49,650 bases of DNA from Phoronis australis (lineage: Eukaryota > Animalia > Phoronida). Under the pieces are notes generated by a model. It saw nothing but the letters and a program-made list of their open reading frames with translations. It was not told where the DNA came from and searched no databases. A program made the translations under genes and the position numbers. This document shows, one piece after another, positions 1 through 11,241 of the stretch (its first letter is position 1; every line of letters begins with the position of its first letter). Where the stretch lies: positions 1-49,650 of the forward strand of contig NMRA01000289.1 of the NCBI GenBank assembly GCA_002633005.1, read 5' to 3'.

Positions 1-159
1 CCTTCGAATTAGTGGTATTACACAACCGACGTGAACTCATGTAACCGAGACAGTAAAATTAGGTTAATTTATTTGATCCTGTGCTAAGACGAATATGCAT
101 CGACACGCAAAGTGGTATCAGCCTGACAACCTATTACGCAACTGCTACTCTAGCCTAAA

Positions 160-355
160 AGTAGCAGCCGACCAGCTGGTCGGCTGATGGCCGGTCGGCT
201 GAAGGGTCGGCTGAGGAGTCGCCTTATGGGTCGGCACTGCGGCGGCTGCCGGTCGGCTAATTTTTAGCCGACCGGTCGGCAAATTAGCCGACCGGTCGAC
301 GGCTAGTCGTCGACCAATTTCCGACCCGGCGGCTAAAAATTCGTGATGTGTGCTG
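160..355 (-). mobile_element. End of a non-autonomous DNA transposon (terminus CAGCACACATCACGAA, flanking TA) with GC-rich CCGACCGGTCGG subterminal repeats
   Basis: The reverse complement of ~290-357 (TA-CAGCACACATCACGAATTTTTAGCCGCCGGGTCGGAAATTGGTCGAC) matches 43452 onward. Several CCGACCGGTCGG-type palindromes are present. The inner boundary is approximate and the element may continue past the window start. Confidence 0.6.
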
Positions 356-630
356 TAATTTGATTCGTGTCTAAGAACTTTCTCGGGTTGGTGGCTTTAA
401 AATACCTGCTCGAAGAATGTCAAGTGGTAGAATTCCACATCGGTTTATCTAAGACACTTTCTGCTTCTTTCACCTGGCTTTTAATTGCAAACCCTTTTCA
501 TAACAAACGTCATGGCTTGGTTGTCAAAGCAAAATCGTGTACCATACTTTCTGACTCAAACGAGTGCACGGTTAACTAATTTCATAAAAAGGTGCCTGTC
601 TGAAGTTGCATATGGAAATCGTCTATTCAC

Positions 631-823
631 CTGATTTCGAAATTCACGTGTATCCATGGATCGCTAAGAGACATCGTACACCACGCGTAGCACGAGGGTG
701 ATCCATTGACGTTCTTTCGGCTGTTTAATCTGGCATGAGATCTAGGGCACTCTGCAACGTGGCCAGATGACGATATCTGGTGGTCCTGCACAGCTCCGGT
801 TTGCATCAGAGGAGTATTGCAAG
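631..823 (-). CDS. Gene A exon: first part of the F5/8 type C (discoidin) domain
   Basis: Acceptor ...tcgtccag| and donor |gtgaat; 193 nt. Translates ACNTPLMQTGAVQDHQISSSGHVAECPRSHARLNS...AWC...DPWIHVNFEIR, with the typical C..PL / QI.AS / ARLN / AW / WIxV motifs. The paralogous exon at 42977-43169 has the same length. Confidence 0.9.
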
Positions 824-1319
824 CTGGACGAAGAATAAACAATCAAAAAAGATAATACATGTTCAGAAGACGTTGTTAACAAAGATGTGCTTCAGGGAGT
901 CCATTTTCTTTATAAGCCATTGCAGTAGCGTGCATCATCTTACTTGTTTCTGGCCACAGTTCTCTCCACGTGTAACCACATGCGGTCTTCAAAAGCAATC
1001 CCAGGTGGCCATTTTTGTTTATGATAACAATGTTTTATCTCTTGTTCTTCCCTTACTTGTAAAATGTCTCTTCATTGAACTAAATTTAGTGAAATCGCGA
1101 AGTAATGATTCCTACGACACGTGTGATAGTTTTTGATGAGAAGGTGTTGCCACCTGATCTCTGTGTCAAAGTGAGCTCATTTGAGCAAATGACGCAGTGA
1201 AAAGTCGCTGTTACTTTGACAAAAATGTCACTAGTTTGAAAAGGCGAAACTGGGAAATTTGTCACACTCTCATTTTGCCAGACCTCTTTGTTTTATTCGC
1301 TATATAGTTTGCTCATTAC

Positions 1320-1397
1320 CTCCAGAAGGTGGAGCAGTCCTTGGCGGTATCGCCGTTGTTCTTGCCGCTATTGTTGACTGAGGACTTGGTCTTGTAC
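1320..1397 (-). CDS. Gene A exon: Pro/Thr/Ser-rich linker
   Basis: ccttttaag| ... |gtaatg; 78 nt, phase 1-1. Translates GTRPSPQSTIAARTTAIPPRTAPPSG and joins in phase to the F5/8C exon. Confidence 0.75.
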
Positions 1398-1657
1398 CTT
1401 AAAAGGTATGACGTCAAGACATATACTTTCACTATTAAAGATACTACGTCTGGTCTTCATTTTGAATTCTTCGGTAAACGAAGGTCGTAATCACCTAAAA
1501 CTGATCCATTTGGAACATCTGGAGTATTTTCGTAGTCATAGGCTGCGAAAATACTTGACGTGTTCTGAACTGGCCAAGCCACAGAGCGGCCCCAGCGAAT
1601 CGAACTTTTTTTCCTACGAAATTGCAGTAGCCCCTGGTCAGCGTCATCTGTACTCAC

Positions 1658-1692
1658 CTGTATGTGGGGATTCCCCTACAGATCGGTCATTT
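1658..1692 (-). CDS. Gene A candidate micro-exon (linker); 35 nt, one base short of frame
   Basis: Acceptor tttttacctag| and strong donor |gtgagta. It reads NDRSVGESPHT only if one base is restored. An internal ctgtag acceptor would instead give an in-frame 18-nt exon. Confidence 0.35.
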
Positions 1693-1893
1693 CTAGGTAA
1701 AAATCGAAGCACTTTACTGTTATATGTACCAAATGAGTGAAACATGCATTATTTTCAAAAAGGAGCACAAATAGACGTGGCCCAATAAATTCTTGTACTG
1801 AAAATCACTACTAAGTGGAAGTCTTTTATCACTTCAGCTGACGGAAGCATGCTTTTTGTATGCACCCCAACAAATTTTAAATCAACCACTGAC

Positions 1894-2015
1894 CGCATTC
1901 GTCGCATGCCTGCGCACAATTTGGTAACACCCATTGAGGGTTCGTGATACACTCGCCTCTTGCGGCCCATCTGTCGCACGTTGCAGAGGTGGGTGGTTGT
2001 TTGAACAATCTGTGC
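1894..2015 (-). CDS. Gene A exon: ShK toxin-like domain 3 (frameshifted as assembled)
   Basis: cactgcag| ... |gtcagt; 122 nt. DCSNNH is in one frame and TSATCDRWAARGECITNPQWVLPNCAQACDEC in another. The six-Cys ShK pattern needs one extra base near CACCCACC (~1988-1996). Confidence 0.8.
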
Positions 2016-4287
2016 CTGCAGTGAACGATATACATTAAACTGATAGATGGCGCCTGCAACGCTCACTTATTAAAACTTTTTTACCTGGAAAAAAGTTCAA
2101 CAAAAACGCAAAACTAGAAACACACCCTTACCGTTAGAACACACTGATCGACAAGCAAAAAATACGGACCGACAGTAATTATCGGAGAAGAACTTACCAC
2201 TTATGCAAAGATTCATCGCGTATTTAGATTCGTTTTTGCCTTCGAAATGCTACCAGTTTGTAGCATAATATTTCAACAAAAGACAGCAACATAAAATATT
2301 GCTCCACACGCGAATCACGATCTCTTGCACCTTTCAACAAAGATGAATTTTTGAATCCATGTTATCAATAAACAATTGTCAAAGCAAGTATTACCGCAAC
2401 ACATAATAATGATCTTCTTCACACATAGATTTCGAGACGTGGTGTTCCAAATGATCTCAGAAGTGGATTTTTGTACTTTGGTAATTGTACTGCCCTTGAA
2501 ACTAATTCCACTCTCAGGTAAAGATGTACCGTAGTTACACGTGTCTCTAATCTATCAATGAAATACCTGGATGGCAAAGTCCAAACATACTTGAATGAAA
2601 TGGGAAATTTTGTAGAACCAGCAAGTCCAGTGTATAATTATTCTCATTTAAATTCTGTTGTCAAGAATTTGAACTTTACAGCATATACCACAAATTCCCA
2701 CCAATAAGGCCATGACATTTGGATTACATTTAATAAAAGACCATCCGATTTTACATTTTCTCAAGAAACCATTGTAGCCTTTGCAACACGTGTTGTTTTG
2801 TTTTGTTTTGTTTTGTCACTTAATTCAAATTTTCATTGAATGGTTTTTCAGTCAATACGTTACCAACTGTGATAGTACAAAACATGGCTGATTGGCAGAA
2901 AACGTACGCAAAATGGCGACTGGCTTGATATAACTATAAATAAATAAAAGAAAATTGGTTCCAAGCAATGGGCCCACAAGCGCGGTCTTTGCACGTCTGG
3001 TACAACGTGTAGACCGCCTACAATTATTTTTTATGTCCGAAGAAGTGCCGTGGCCTTAGGCTCGAATACTCGCCAGGAATTCCAGAACTTTGCAGTAGAT
3101 ATAAGTATTTACTTTCTTTCTCCAGCACTGCTACAGAATGTAAACTTTTACTTGAATCTTCAGAAAATGCCTATTGTTTTCAGTAAATTGTAGCGTTTGA
3201 CGTTGTGGTATCACAAGCCTTTTTCAGCCTTGTTTTGACATACGGCCAAATGAGTACAAACAGCTTGAAATGAGTTGCCATCAGCAAATATTTCTTAACA
3301 GATGATTATTTGAGGTACCCAAGCCTCATGCGCTTAAGTAATGTCTTCTGAATGCAGTGAAATCAGAAAACACAAGATCACTGACAAATCCCACTGAATC
3401 ATGAGAGTAGAATGTGTGTATCTATGGAGAGGTTTACTGACTACATGCCGCTTATGAGATTTGAACAAATACAGACACTGTTCTTTTATTTAATTCCGAT
3501 AAGTTGAATGATAAAAAGGACATCGAAGTTTGTATCAAAATTCGTGTCTTATTTAAGTTATTGTTCAAATAATAATCAATTTATAAAAATAATCACATCA
3601 ACCACAAGTGATTCCCCTGGAATCAAACATATGGGAAGTTGCTTACTGTATGAGACCTTGATTCTTATTGGCTTGTGTAAACCATATTAGCCAGATATTA
3701 ACAATGAGAGTGGTTCTTACTTAATTACTTCAATGACCTATTTAGCTACCCCCATTATCAAAACCAAGCTTAAAGAGAAAAATCCAACCTTAAAATGTTG
3801 ATAACTTTGTTAATTTGCAATTTTGATCTTGGCAGCAGCCCAAGCAATGATAGGGGTAGTTGGTAACTAACCAACCCTTAAATAGTAAAAGGGATGGGAG
3901 TGCGCGCAGGGAAAGGGTAGAATCAAATGCCATCACACTCGAATTGCACGTCAAACTTTACACCGCACGAGTCGAAATTGCGATTGCGTGAACACATTTA
4001 TCTTAAGAAATAATACGGCGAACACAGCTGCTCTGAAATCAAGCCCTTGTAAGAACTTATTCACTCGAAGATTTGACATATTACTTTATGCTTTTCACTC
4101 CGCCATTTGCTTTTTTTGACCTACGGGTGAATTCATGGACTAAAGCCTTCGCTGTGCTCATTGGCTGGTATCATAAGTAATAGACAACAGATTCCCAACT
4201 TCTTAGAGCAGGCGCCACTCTTCTAAATTACCATTTTCAGTCTCCGGTTAGTGTATTGTGACGGGAAATTCTTGCATCTATTTTACT

Positions 4288-6888
4288 GAACTTACTTTAA
4301 ACACTTGATGGAACTGTGCTCAACCGTCATCTTCAGTAGGTCTCCTACTGTCCTTAATGGTTTCGTCCCTAAACCAAGACCATCTCTAGTAGGCGGGACA
4401 ACAGAGTTGATCAGGCTCTGCCTGACGGTTGTTGATGGTATTGCTGTTGGTGCTTCATCCATATCCAACAAGATGCCTGTTCAGCTTCGGTGGCCACATC
4501 GCGGAGAAGAACCTTCTTTCCTGTCGCAGAGACGCCCAGAGACCTTGCCATAGCAGTAACCGAGCTGGCCGGAAAACCACGGCAACCAACCTCCACGGAA
4601 AAACTCCAACACCTCCAGCCGTTAACGTGGCAGTCACTCCTCAGATCAGTATATTTCAGGTTCTTCCGCTCGTGTGCCTCTTCTACCCTACTCTCCCACG
4701 GAATGGTGAGCTCGATCAGGATGATCTGGTGGGAACTATNNNNNNNNNNNNNNNNNNNNNNNNNNNNNNNNNNNNNNNNNNNNNNNNNNNNNNNNNNNNN
4801 NNNNNNNNNNNNNNNNNNNNNNNNNNNNNNNNNNNNNNNNNNNNNNNNNNNNNNNNNNNNNNNNNNNNNNNNNNNNNNNNNNNNNNNNNNNNNNNNNNNN
4901 NNNNNNNNNNNNNNNNNNNNNNNNNNNNNNNNNNNNNNNNNNNNNNNNNNNNNNNNNNNNNNNNNNNNNNNNNNNNNNNNNNNNNNNNNNNNNNNNNNNN
5001 NNNNNNNNNNNNNNNNNNNNNNNNNNNNNNNNNNNNNNNNNNNNNNNNNNNNNNNNNNNNNNNNNNNNNNNNNNNNNNNNNNNNNNNNNNNNNNNNNNNN
5101 NNNNNNNNNNNNNNNNNNNNNNNNNNNNNNNNNNNNNNNNNNNNNNNNNNNNNNNNNNNNNNCCGTACGCATTTGCCATGTCGAGCCACACCATAGACAG
5201 ATTCTTCTTGCCCTTCTTCGCTCGGTGTATGAGTTCACTTATGATAGAATTATGTTCCAGGCATCCAGAAAAGCCTGGTACCCCGCCTTTCTGTGAAGAT
5301 GTGTCAATATACTTGTTCTTGATCATGAAGTCTGTCATTCTGCCGGATAGGATTGCTAAGTAGATCTTTCCTTCCACGCTGAGCAGTGAAATTGGTCAAA
5401 ACTGGCTAATCTGCTTCGAGCCTTCTTTTTTCGGAACATAAACTCCTTCAGCTCGCCCCCACTGGGTTGGAACTACGCCCTTCCTCCAGAGGATCTTAAA
5501 CTGCTTCCAGAGCCTTTCTCTCAACTTGGGACACATCTTATAGACCTTGTAGGAAATTCTACTTGGAGCAGGGGCTGACCCCGATCGGGCTTTCTTCACA
5601 GTGCTATCCACTTCTGACTTCTTTATGTCCCCCAGATCAAAACCTTTGTCTGGTAGATCTTCAGCCTCTAGACCTGGAAAGTCGCCAAGGGGAGTATCTT
5701 TCAACTCATCGCTGTGAATTTTGGCAAGGTGATCCTCCAAGTCTGCCCGGTTGCAGGTAAGTGTTCTGCTTTTGCTCTTGCCTAAAAGCCTTGAAGCATA
5801 CTGATAGGGGTTCCTAATGAATTCCTCTCTCTGCCTTGACCGTTTCTTCCTATTTTGTGCACCTCGTTCTGCTTTGCGGAGGGGCAATAGTCGCTTGGGG
5901 GCCTCAGATGTCAGGTGAGTTATTCCTGCTTTTTCGTGCTCAGCTGCACTCTTCCACAGGCGACGGAGTTCTCTAAGCTCTCTGCGGATAGTCACTATTT
6001 CCCGTTGTCATCTGTTTGGTCCTCGTGGGTTTCATGTTTCCTTTCTTTTCTCTACTGTTCCAAAGCGGTCCACACTGACTTGGTAAACAATCCTAGTCAT
6101 AGCCTCAATCTTTGTCTCTGCTGGACCTCGAAGAGTGACACGTAAGATGCTATCCAGATCATTGTCTAAGGCTGACCACGCCTTCTTATCAGCTGCTGAT
6201 GGCCACTTGATTCGATCCTTCTTTGCAGTATCTGGTGGACCTGCTGAACTGGCTGGAACTGGATTCTGAAATACTTCAGCTTCTACTACTAATGCTTTCA
6301 TCTGATGCGTAGCTGGGAGGTCTTCTGCACTGTGGTTTGAGACCTGGCTCAATCCCTTCCCCGTCTCGCTGGACGTGGCGCCCAAGCGTTGCCTTGCGAC
6401 CTGACGTAAGCACTTCATCTTTCCTTGGTGGATCNCTGCACTGTGGTTTGAGACCTGGCTCAATCCCTCCCCCGTCTCACTGGACGTGGCGCCCATGCGT
6501 TGCCTTGCGATCTGACGTAAGCACTTCATCTTTCCTTGGTGGATCTTCAACCCTCTTAAATTCTTCAGAATCTTTCCACACACACAGGTTCTTGATGCTA
6601 AATCGTTGTTCGTAATCGTAGTCCTATTCGGTCCGGTCGTTGCCGTTTGAGGTCTGTCGTTGGACTCTTCTTGCATCCTCCCTCTCGGAGAGTCCTGAGG
6701 TTGTCTTTCTGGTAATTTGGACGTAGCAATATGAATGGGTGTGTCCTCGCGAACACTTCAGACGGACAGCTAATCCGAGCTGAACCCGATGCTGTCTTTC
6801 CACGCTGCCATCAGTCTCTCCCGATGTCCCTTGTCTTTCCAAGTGTCATCCATCCTACTCATGGAAGTCACGGCTTTGCCGATAACAA
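4288..6888 (-). mobile_element. Non-LTR retrotransposon with restriction-like endonuclease (Hero-clade-like), degenerate, interrupted by an N gap
   Basis: One reading frame runs 6676 to 5164, with an N-terminal CVCGK..GLKIHQ..MKC finger and RT motifs (PISLLSVEGKI, QKGG..GCLEH, VWLDMANAY). After the gap comes an RLE C-terminus (IELTIPWE..EEAHERK..KY..VEVGCRGF..WIW) ending at 4411. Three in-frame TGA stops. Confidence 0.9.
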
Positions 6889-7272
6889 GAACTTACTTTA
6901 AACACTTGATGGAACTGTGCTCAACCGTCATCTTCAGTTGGTCTCCTGCTATCCTTAATGGTTTCGTCCCTAAACCAAGACCATCTCTAGAAGGCGGGAC
7001 AACAGAAATGATCAGGCTCTGCCTGACGGTTGTTGATGGTATTGCTGTTGGTGCTTCATCCATATCCAACAAGATGCCTGTTCAGCTTCGGTGGCCACAT
7101 CGCGGAGAAGAACCTTCTTTCCTGTCGCAGAGACGCCCAGAGACCTTGCCATAGCAGTAACCGAGCTGGCCGGAAAACCATGGCAACCAACCTCCACGGA
7201 AAAACTCCAACACCTCCAGCCGTTAACGTGGCAGTCACTCCTCAGATCAGTATATTTCAGGTTCTTCCGCTC
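6889..7272 (-). mobile_element. 5'-truncated 3' fragment of the same Hero-like element
   Basis: Near-identical direct repeat of 4288-4671 (endonuclease C-terminus plus 3' UTR). It directly abuts the 5' UTR of the long copy. Confidence 0.9.
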
Positions 7273-7992
7273 TCTGTCCAGTACAACGAAAAAAAATATA
7301 TTTTCGGCATTGAAACGCAGTTCAAAGTCTTCCAATGATAGAACTGTTGTTATCGTAAGTACTTTTGGCACCTGACCACACAACAGCCGACCATGATTAG
7401 CAGACGACGTACTTGCCGGAAGTAAAACTTGCTAATTTTGCCAGGTGTCGCTAGTGAATAATGAAGTCACGGTTATGCGTCAGATCACAAATTTCGTCCA
7501 TTGAAACTATTCGGCCAGAGTTAGCCGTCTATGGGTCACTACATGACGTCATTAGGTCGAAACTTAAGGGTAGAAGATGGCAGACGATTTGATTCGTTGT
7601 TGTTACCGGAAAGAAAAAGAGGTGTAATATAACCAGTAAGATCTATTACGTTTTTCTAAACGTGTCAAAGGCATTTCATTTGGTTAGTACTAACACACTG
7701 AACAAGAATTTTCGTCGCATTATTAAGGTATATATCCAGTTCACCAATGGTGAAAAGCAGTCCGGTGGAACTTCAGTTCTGTTTACAGAGCTGAGTTTTG
7801 GCTATGATCAGGGATGTTTCTGAGTGATTACGATGTTTGTTAGCTTCTAACATGACTTTGCCATCACAACTTATTTGATCAAGCATCCACATCACCGGAA
7901 GTGTCTGGTAGTAGACCTCCATGATTGCATTGGGAAATGGCTAGTACATTGTTTGTATCTCTATGAATTCGCGCATAGAACATTATACTTAC

Positions 7993-8112
7993 TGCATTTC
8001 CCACACGCCAGGGCACAGTAAACATGCATATAGCTGGGGTTTGTGTCACATTCGCCACTGTATGCCCATAAAGCACACTCCGCTGTGTCATGCTTGTTCC
8101 CACAAGGACCCG
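7993..8112 (-). CDS. Gene A exon: ShK domain 2
   Basis: cactag| ... |gtaagt; 120 nt, phase 1-1. Translates GPCGNKHDTAECALWAYSGECDTNPSYMHVYCALACGKC (C-x8-C-xx-WA-xx-GEC-xx-NP-xx-M-xxx-C-xxx-C-xx-C). Confidence 0.9.
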
Positions 8113-9766
8113 CTAGTGTTGACACCAAAGCAATTAGTGAAAAGCAAAGATGCGATTAAGCCAATTAAATGCTTACCTACAATTATACAAAGTCGTTTTA
8201 CAAATGCTCACTGTCAATGGGTACTTTCACCTTGCAATTTTCGTGCATGGCTGAACAAAGTATTTCTGATTCATTATTTAAAAATGGACACAACAAGAAA
8301 GAGATCTGGTTGCGCATTGGATATTTCTTGTTTTCCGCAAAATTAGGTACAGTAATTTACGTTACTACGTGCCCAACGTACATATTATTTTTGTTTGTTA
8401 AATATGAATACTACTTAGAGTAGGTAGGGTCCGCTTTCATCAAACCATAAACAGAGTTGGTATGATGATATACGTTTTACTCGGACACTTGCTCAAAATA
8501 TAATTCACTAACAAGATAACTTTTATATGAAAATATAACTTTTCCATGAGCAACACCAATCAAAGGTGTCAATACTTCTTTGAATCAGCTTTTCAAGTAA
8601 TTTTCATTACAACGATTTCACACGCTTTTGCATAGTGTTGAAATTTTGGAACACTGCAATTGAGTAAAAACGAGTAATTTAGGGGTATAAATTAAAACTC
8701 CGTTAAAATATTAAATTTTTATTTTTTGCAGGTCTCCAGCAACTTGGGCTAACACCCTTTGCATTATATTACTTATTCACGATGTTCGCAAAAATCGTTT
8801 CAAAAGAGTGTTACTGTTATCTGTAAATAATGTCGACAGGGGCCACAGGAGGCCAGGGGAGGAAACTGGTGGCAGACGATGGGGCCCGAGTCTGACAAAG
8901 ATGAATTTGTCTCTGGAATTGTTACCTTTCTGTAACCATGTGGTGTTTACTAATAGTAATAAGGATTAGTCGACGAAACTAATCAAGAATTGAGGTCAGC
9001 TGTCTGCTACTGACCTACTTTTTTCTACTCAGTATTTGCCTTACAATTCCTATTTAATCCTAGTTTTTTGTTAACAAAATAACGACACCCTTCCCATAAT
9101 CTTTCATTTTAAACAGTAAAAAACTAAATTTGTCGACTTTAAATGGGGGAAATTTGCATTCAAAGGTATACTTATGAATGAGGTGGAAAACGTCAAAATA
9201 AAATTAGCAGGTAAAAGAACCCACGAAACGTTTTTATGTTAAAGGTCCTACAGGTCAGGGCCAATTGACTAACGATAGTAACAATTCAGTGAACAGAATA
9301 AGTCACCAATTCGTTTTCGTCGTTTATAGTTTCTACATACTTGTGAAGTTATTTCCATTTTACAATTTCAAAAGAAGCTCCATCTCATTTTCGCCTGGCA
9401 TTTGAAGCTAAATATTTTTCCAACAAAAGTTATTGCAAGCATTTTTTTATAAAATCCATCAAAGTAAATAAACGATCTTCCTAGATTTAAAGTTCTTCGT
9501 AGTGACATATAGACTATATGCAGTGAAGCAACGACGAAGGTGTTCAAACTTACTGCGATTGCATCAAACGCATGGAATTTTAACCTAAATGTTGTGCGGG
9601 TGTCATACTAGATCAAGCTCTATGTACATAAAATGTAACCATTTGTAGTCGTGGTTCATCCAAGTAATTTTGAGCGTGACTTCCACGAACATTCTACTTG
9701 AAAGAAGTCTTATTTCTTTAAAACACAGCGTAAATGTTGCTGGCATTGATGCTAAGGTGTCGCTAC

Positions 9767-9799
9767 CTGTTGGTGGTACTGTTGGAAGTGTTTGAGAAC
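9767..9799 (-). CDS. Gene A exon: short Pro/Thr linker
   Basis: ttttattttcaag| ... |gtagcg; 33 nt, phase 1-1. Translates SQTLPTVPPT and sits between two ShK exons. Confidence 0.65.
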
Positions 9800-10196
9800 C
9801 TTGAAAATAAAAACGACAGAATGAGTGCATTGTGAAAAACTTAGATATTACATGTTTGATAATGCTTCAAGTAAATATTATCAGAATTTAACAAAAAACA
9901 AGATCCGTGTACATATTAAGCACAAATTTAGACGAAATGGGTAGATGTCTCAGTGGGAGACGAAATTTACTTTTGAATAACGGAATAAAATAACAGTAGA
10001 GATATTATACAGAACTCATTGTAAATACCTTTAGATATTTAATTACTAAAGATTCAAACTTAGTAACTCGCAAGAAACTGAAACGTCCGCTTAAACTCTC
10101 GTCAAATCTGAAAATGTGAAGACGGTTACAGGAAAGGGTGAATGATGACTCTTTTATTCATCTAATCTTCAAAACTCTAAATATCCAACAGCTTAC

Positions 10197-10316
10197 TGCA
10201 GATGCCGCAGGCCAGTGCACATTTCACATGCATCCAAGTCGGGTTTTTCTCGCACTCCCCAGTGGCAGCCCAACCATTGCACTGACTAGTGTCGTGTGTG
10301 TTCACACATGGGCCCC
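10197..10316 (-). CDS. Gene A exon: ShK domain 1
   Basis: ctccgtccag| ... |gtaagc; 120 nt, phase 1-1. Translates GPCVNTHDTSQCNGWAATGECEKNPTWMHVKCALACGIC. Confidence 0.9.
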
Positions 10317-10562
10317 CTGGACGGAGTAACGTTCAATATTCATTTGTCCGACGATCTAAACACTATAAATTAAATTGCACGTAATTATTGATTGTACATG
10401 TAAGTGTTATTGACAGGATTGGTCACAAGGAGAAAGTACAACCCAACGACAACGCGGTTGATGACTAACAATGTCGTTGACTTTGAAGTTAGTACTGATT
10501 TTGGAAGAGCTACGACATCGGGTTGAAAAGGTAAAACTATGGATCGATTCCGGGAGTAATAC

Positions 10563-10647
10563 TAGATCACATGGACAGAGGGGAAGCAATGTTGTTCGAG
10601 ATCGAGGGCCGAGTGCAACATTTCTCTTCCGAGGTGTATATGATCTC
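10563..10647. repeat. Imperfect hairpin (MITE-like relic)
   Basis: AGATCACATGGAC..GGAAGCAATGTTG pairs imperfectly with CAACATTTCTCTTCC..TGTATATGATCT around a CGAGGGCCGAG centre. Confidence 0.35.
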
Positions 10648-11087
10648 ATAGGCACGAGAGATTGGTATATGTGTGCCTGATCACGCGGCCACTGAGACTT
10701 ATTTCCCATCACATTTTCATATCTTGTTACATGTAGCTTATCATGTTCTTATCCGCTTTTATATATTAGCATCGTCTGCTTTATTTTGTAAACAGAGTTT
10801 ATGATTTCTTCAGCGTTTGATTGGTCAGTGCACGAATCGGGGCATCTGACGTTCGGGTGGTACGGATGAAAAGTGATATTCAACGGCCAGTTTGTTCAAG
10901 TGCGAATTAGCCAATTAGAGGACAGAACCACGCGTGGTCGCGTAATAATGTTGTCTACAGAAGCCATTTAAATTGCTACCACTCTTACATGTTTAATTTC
11001 ACGATAACCAAGTGCAGTTATAATATGCAAAAAGGTCTCTGACAGACTGGTCGGTATTCTATTAAACTATATCTTACACTCACTTAC

Positions 11088-11241
11088 CTGTAGGCGGCGT
11101 TCGGGTAGTAGGCGGCGGTCGGGTAGTAGGCGGCGGAAGGGTGGGTGGGGTCGGCTTAATAGGACATTTTCCTCGAGTGACCACAATGTCGTCAATGCTT
11201 GCAAATGCTATCAATTCCTGTTTCATAGCGCTGATTACAAT
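11088..11241 (-). CDS. Gene A exon: MAM domain C-terminus plus Pro/Thr-rich linker
   Basis: gtctcttag| ... |gtaagt; 154 nt, phase 0-1. Translates IVISAMKQELIAFASIDDIVVTRGKC (MAM 'IDDI...G.C' end) followed by PIKPTPPTLPPPTTRPPPTTRTPPT. Confidence 0.85.

Noticed and set aside
2067-2084. Candidate 18-nt micro-exon upstream of ShK3
   Set aside because: It would leave a 51-nt intron and encodes nothing recognisable.
4411-5377. Long ORFs of 157-275 aa on both strands
   Set aside because: Their length comes from translating the N gap (4740-5163). Only the minus-strand RT and endonuclease parts are real, and the gap appears too short for the missing RT region.
6325-6545. Apparent duplication of the IHQGKMKC...SNHSA segment in the Hero ORF
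   Set aside because: The two ~110-bp copies are separated by a single N at 6435, the typical signature of an unmerged contig overlap rather than a real duplication.
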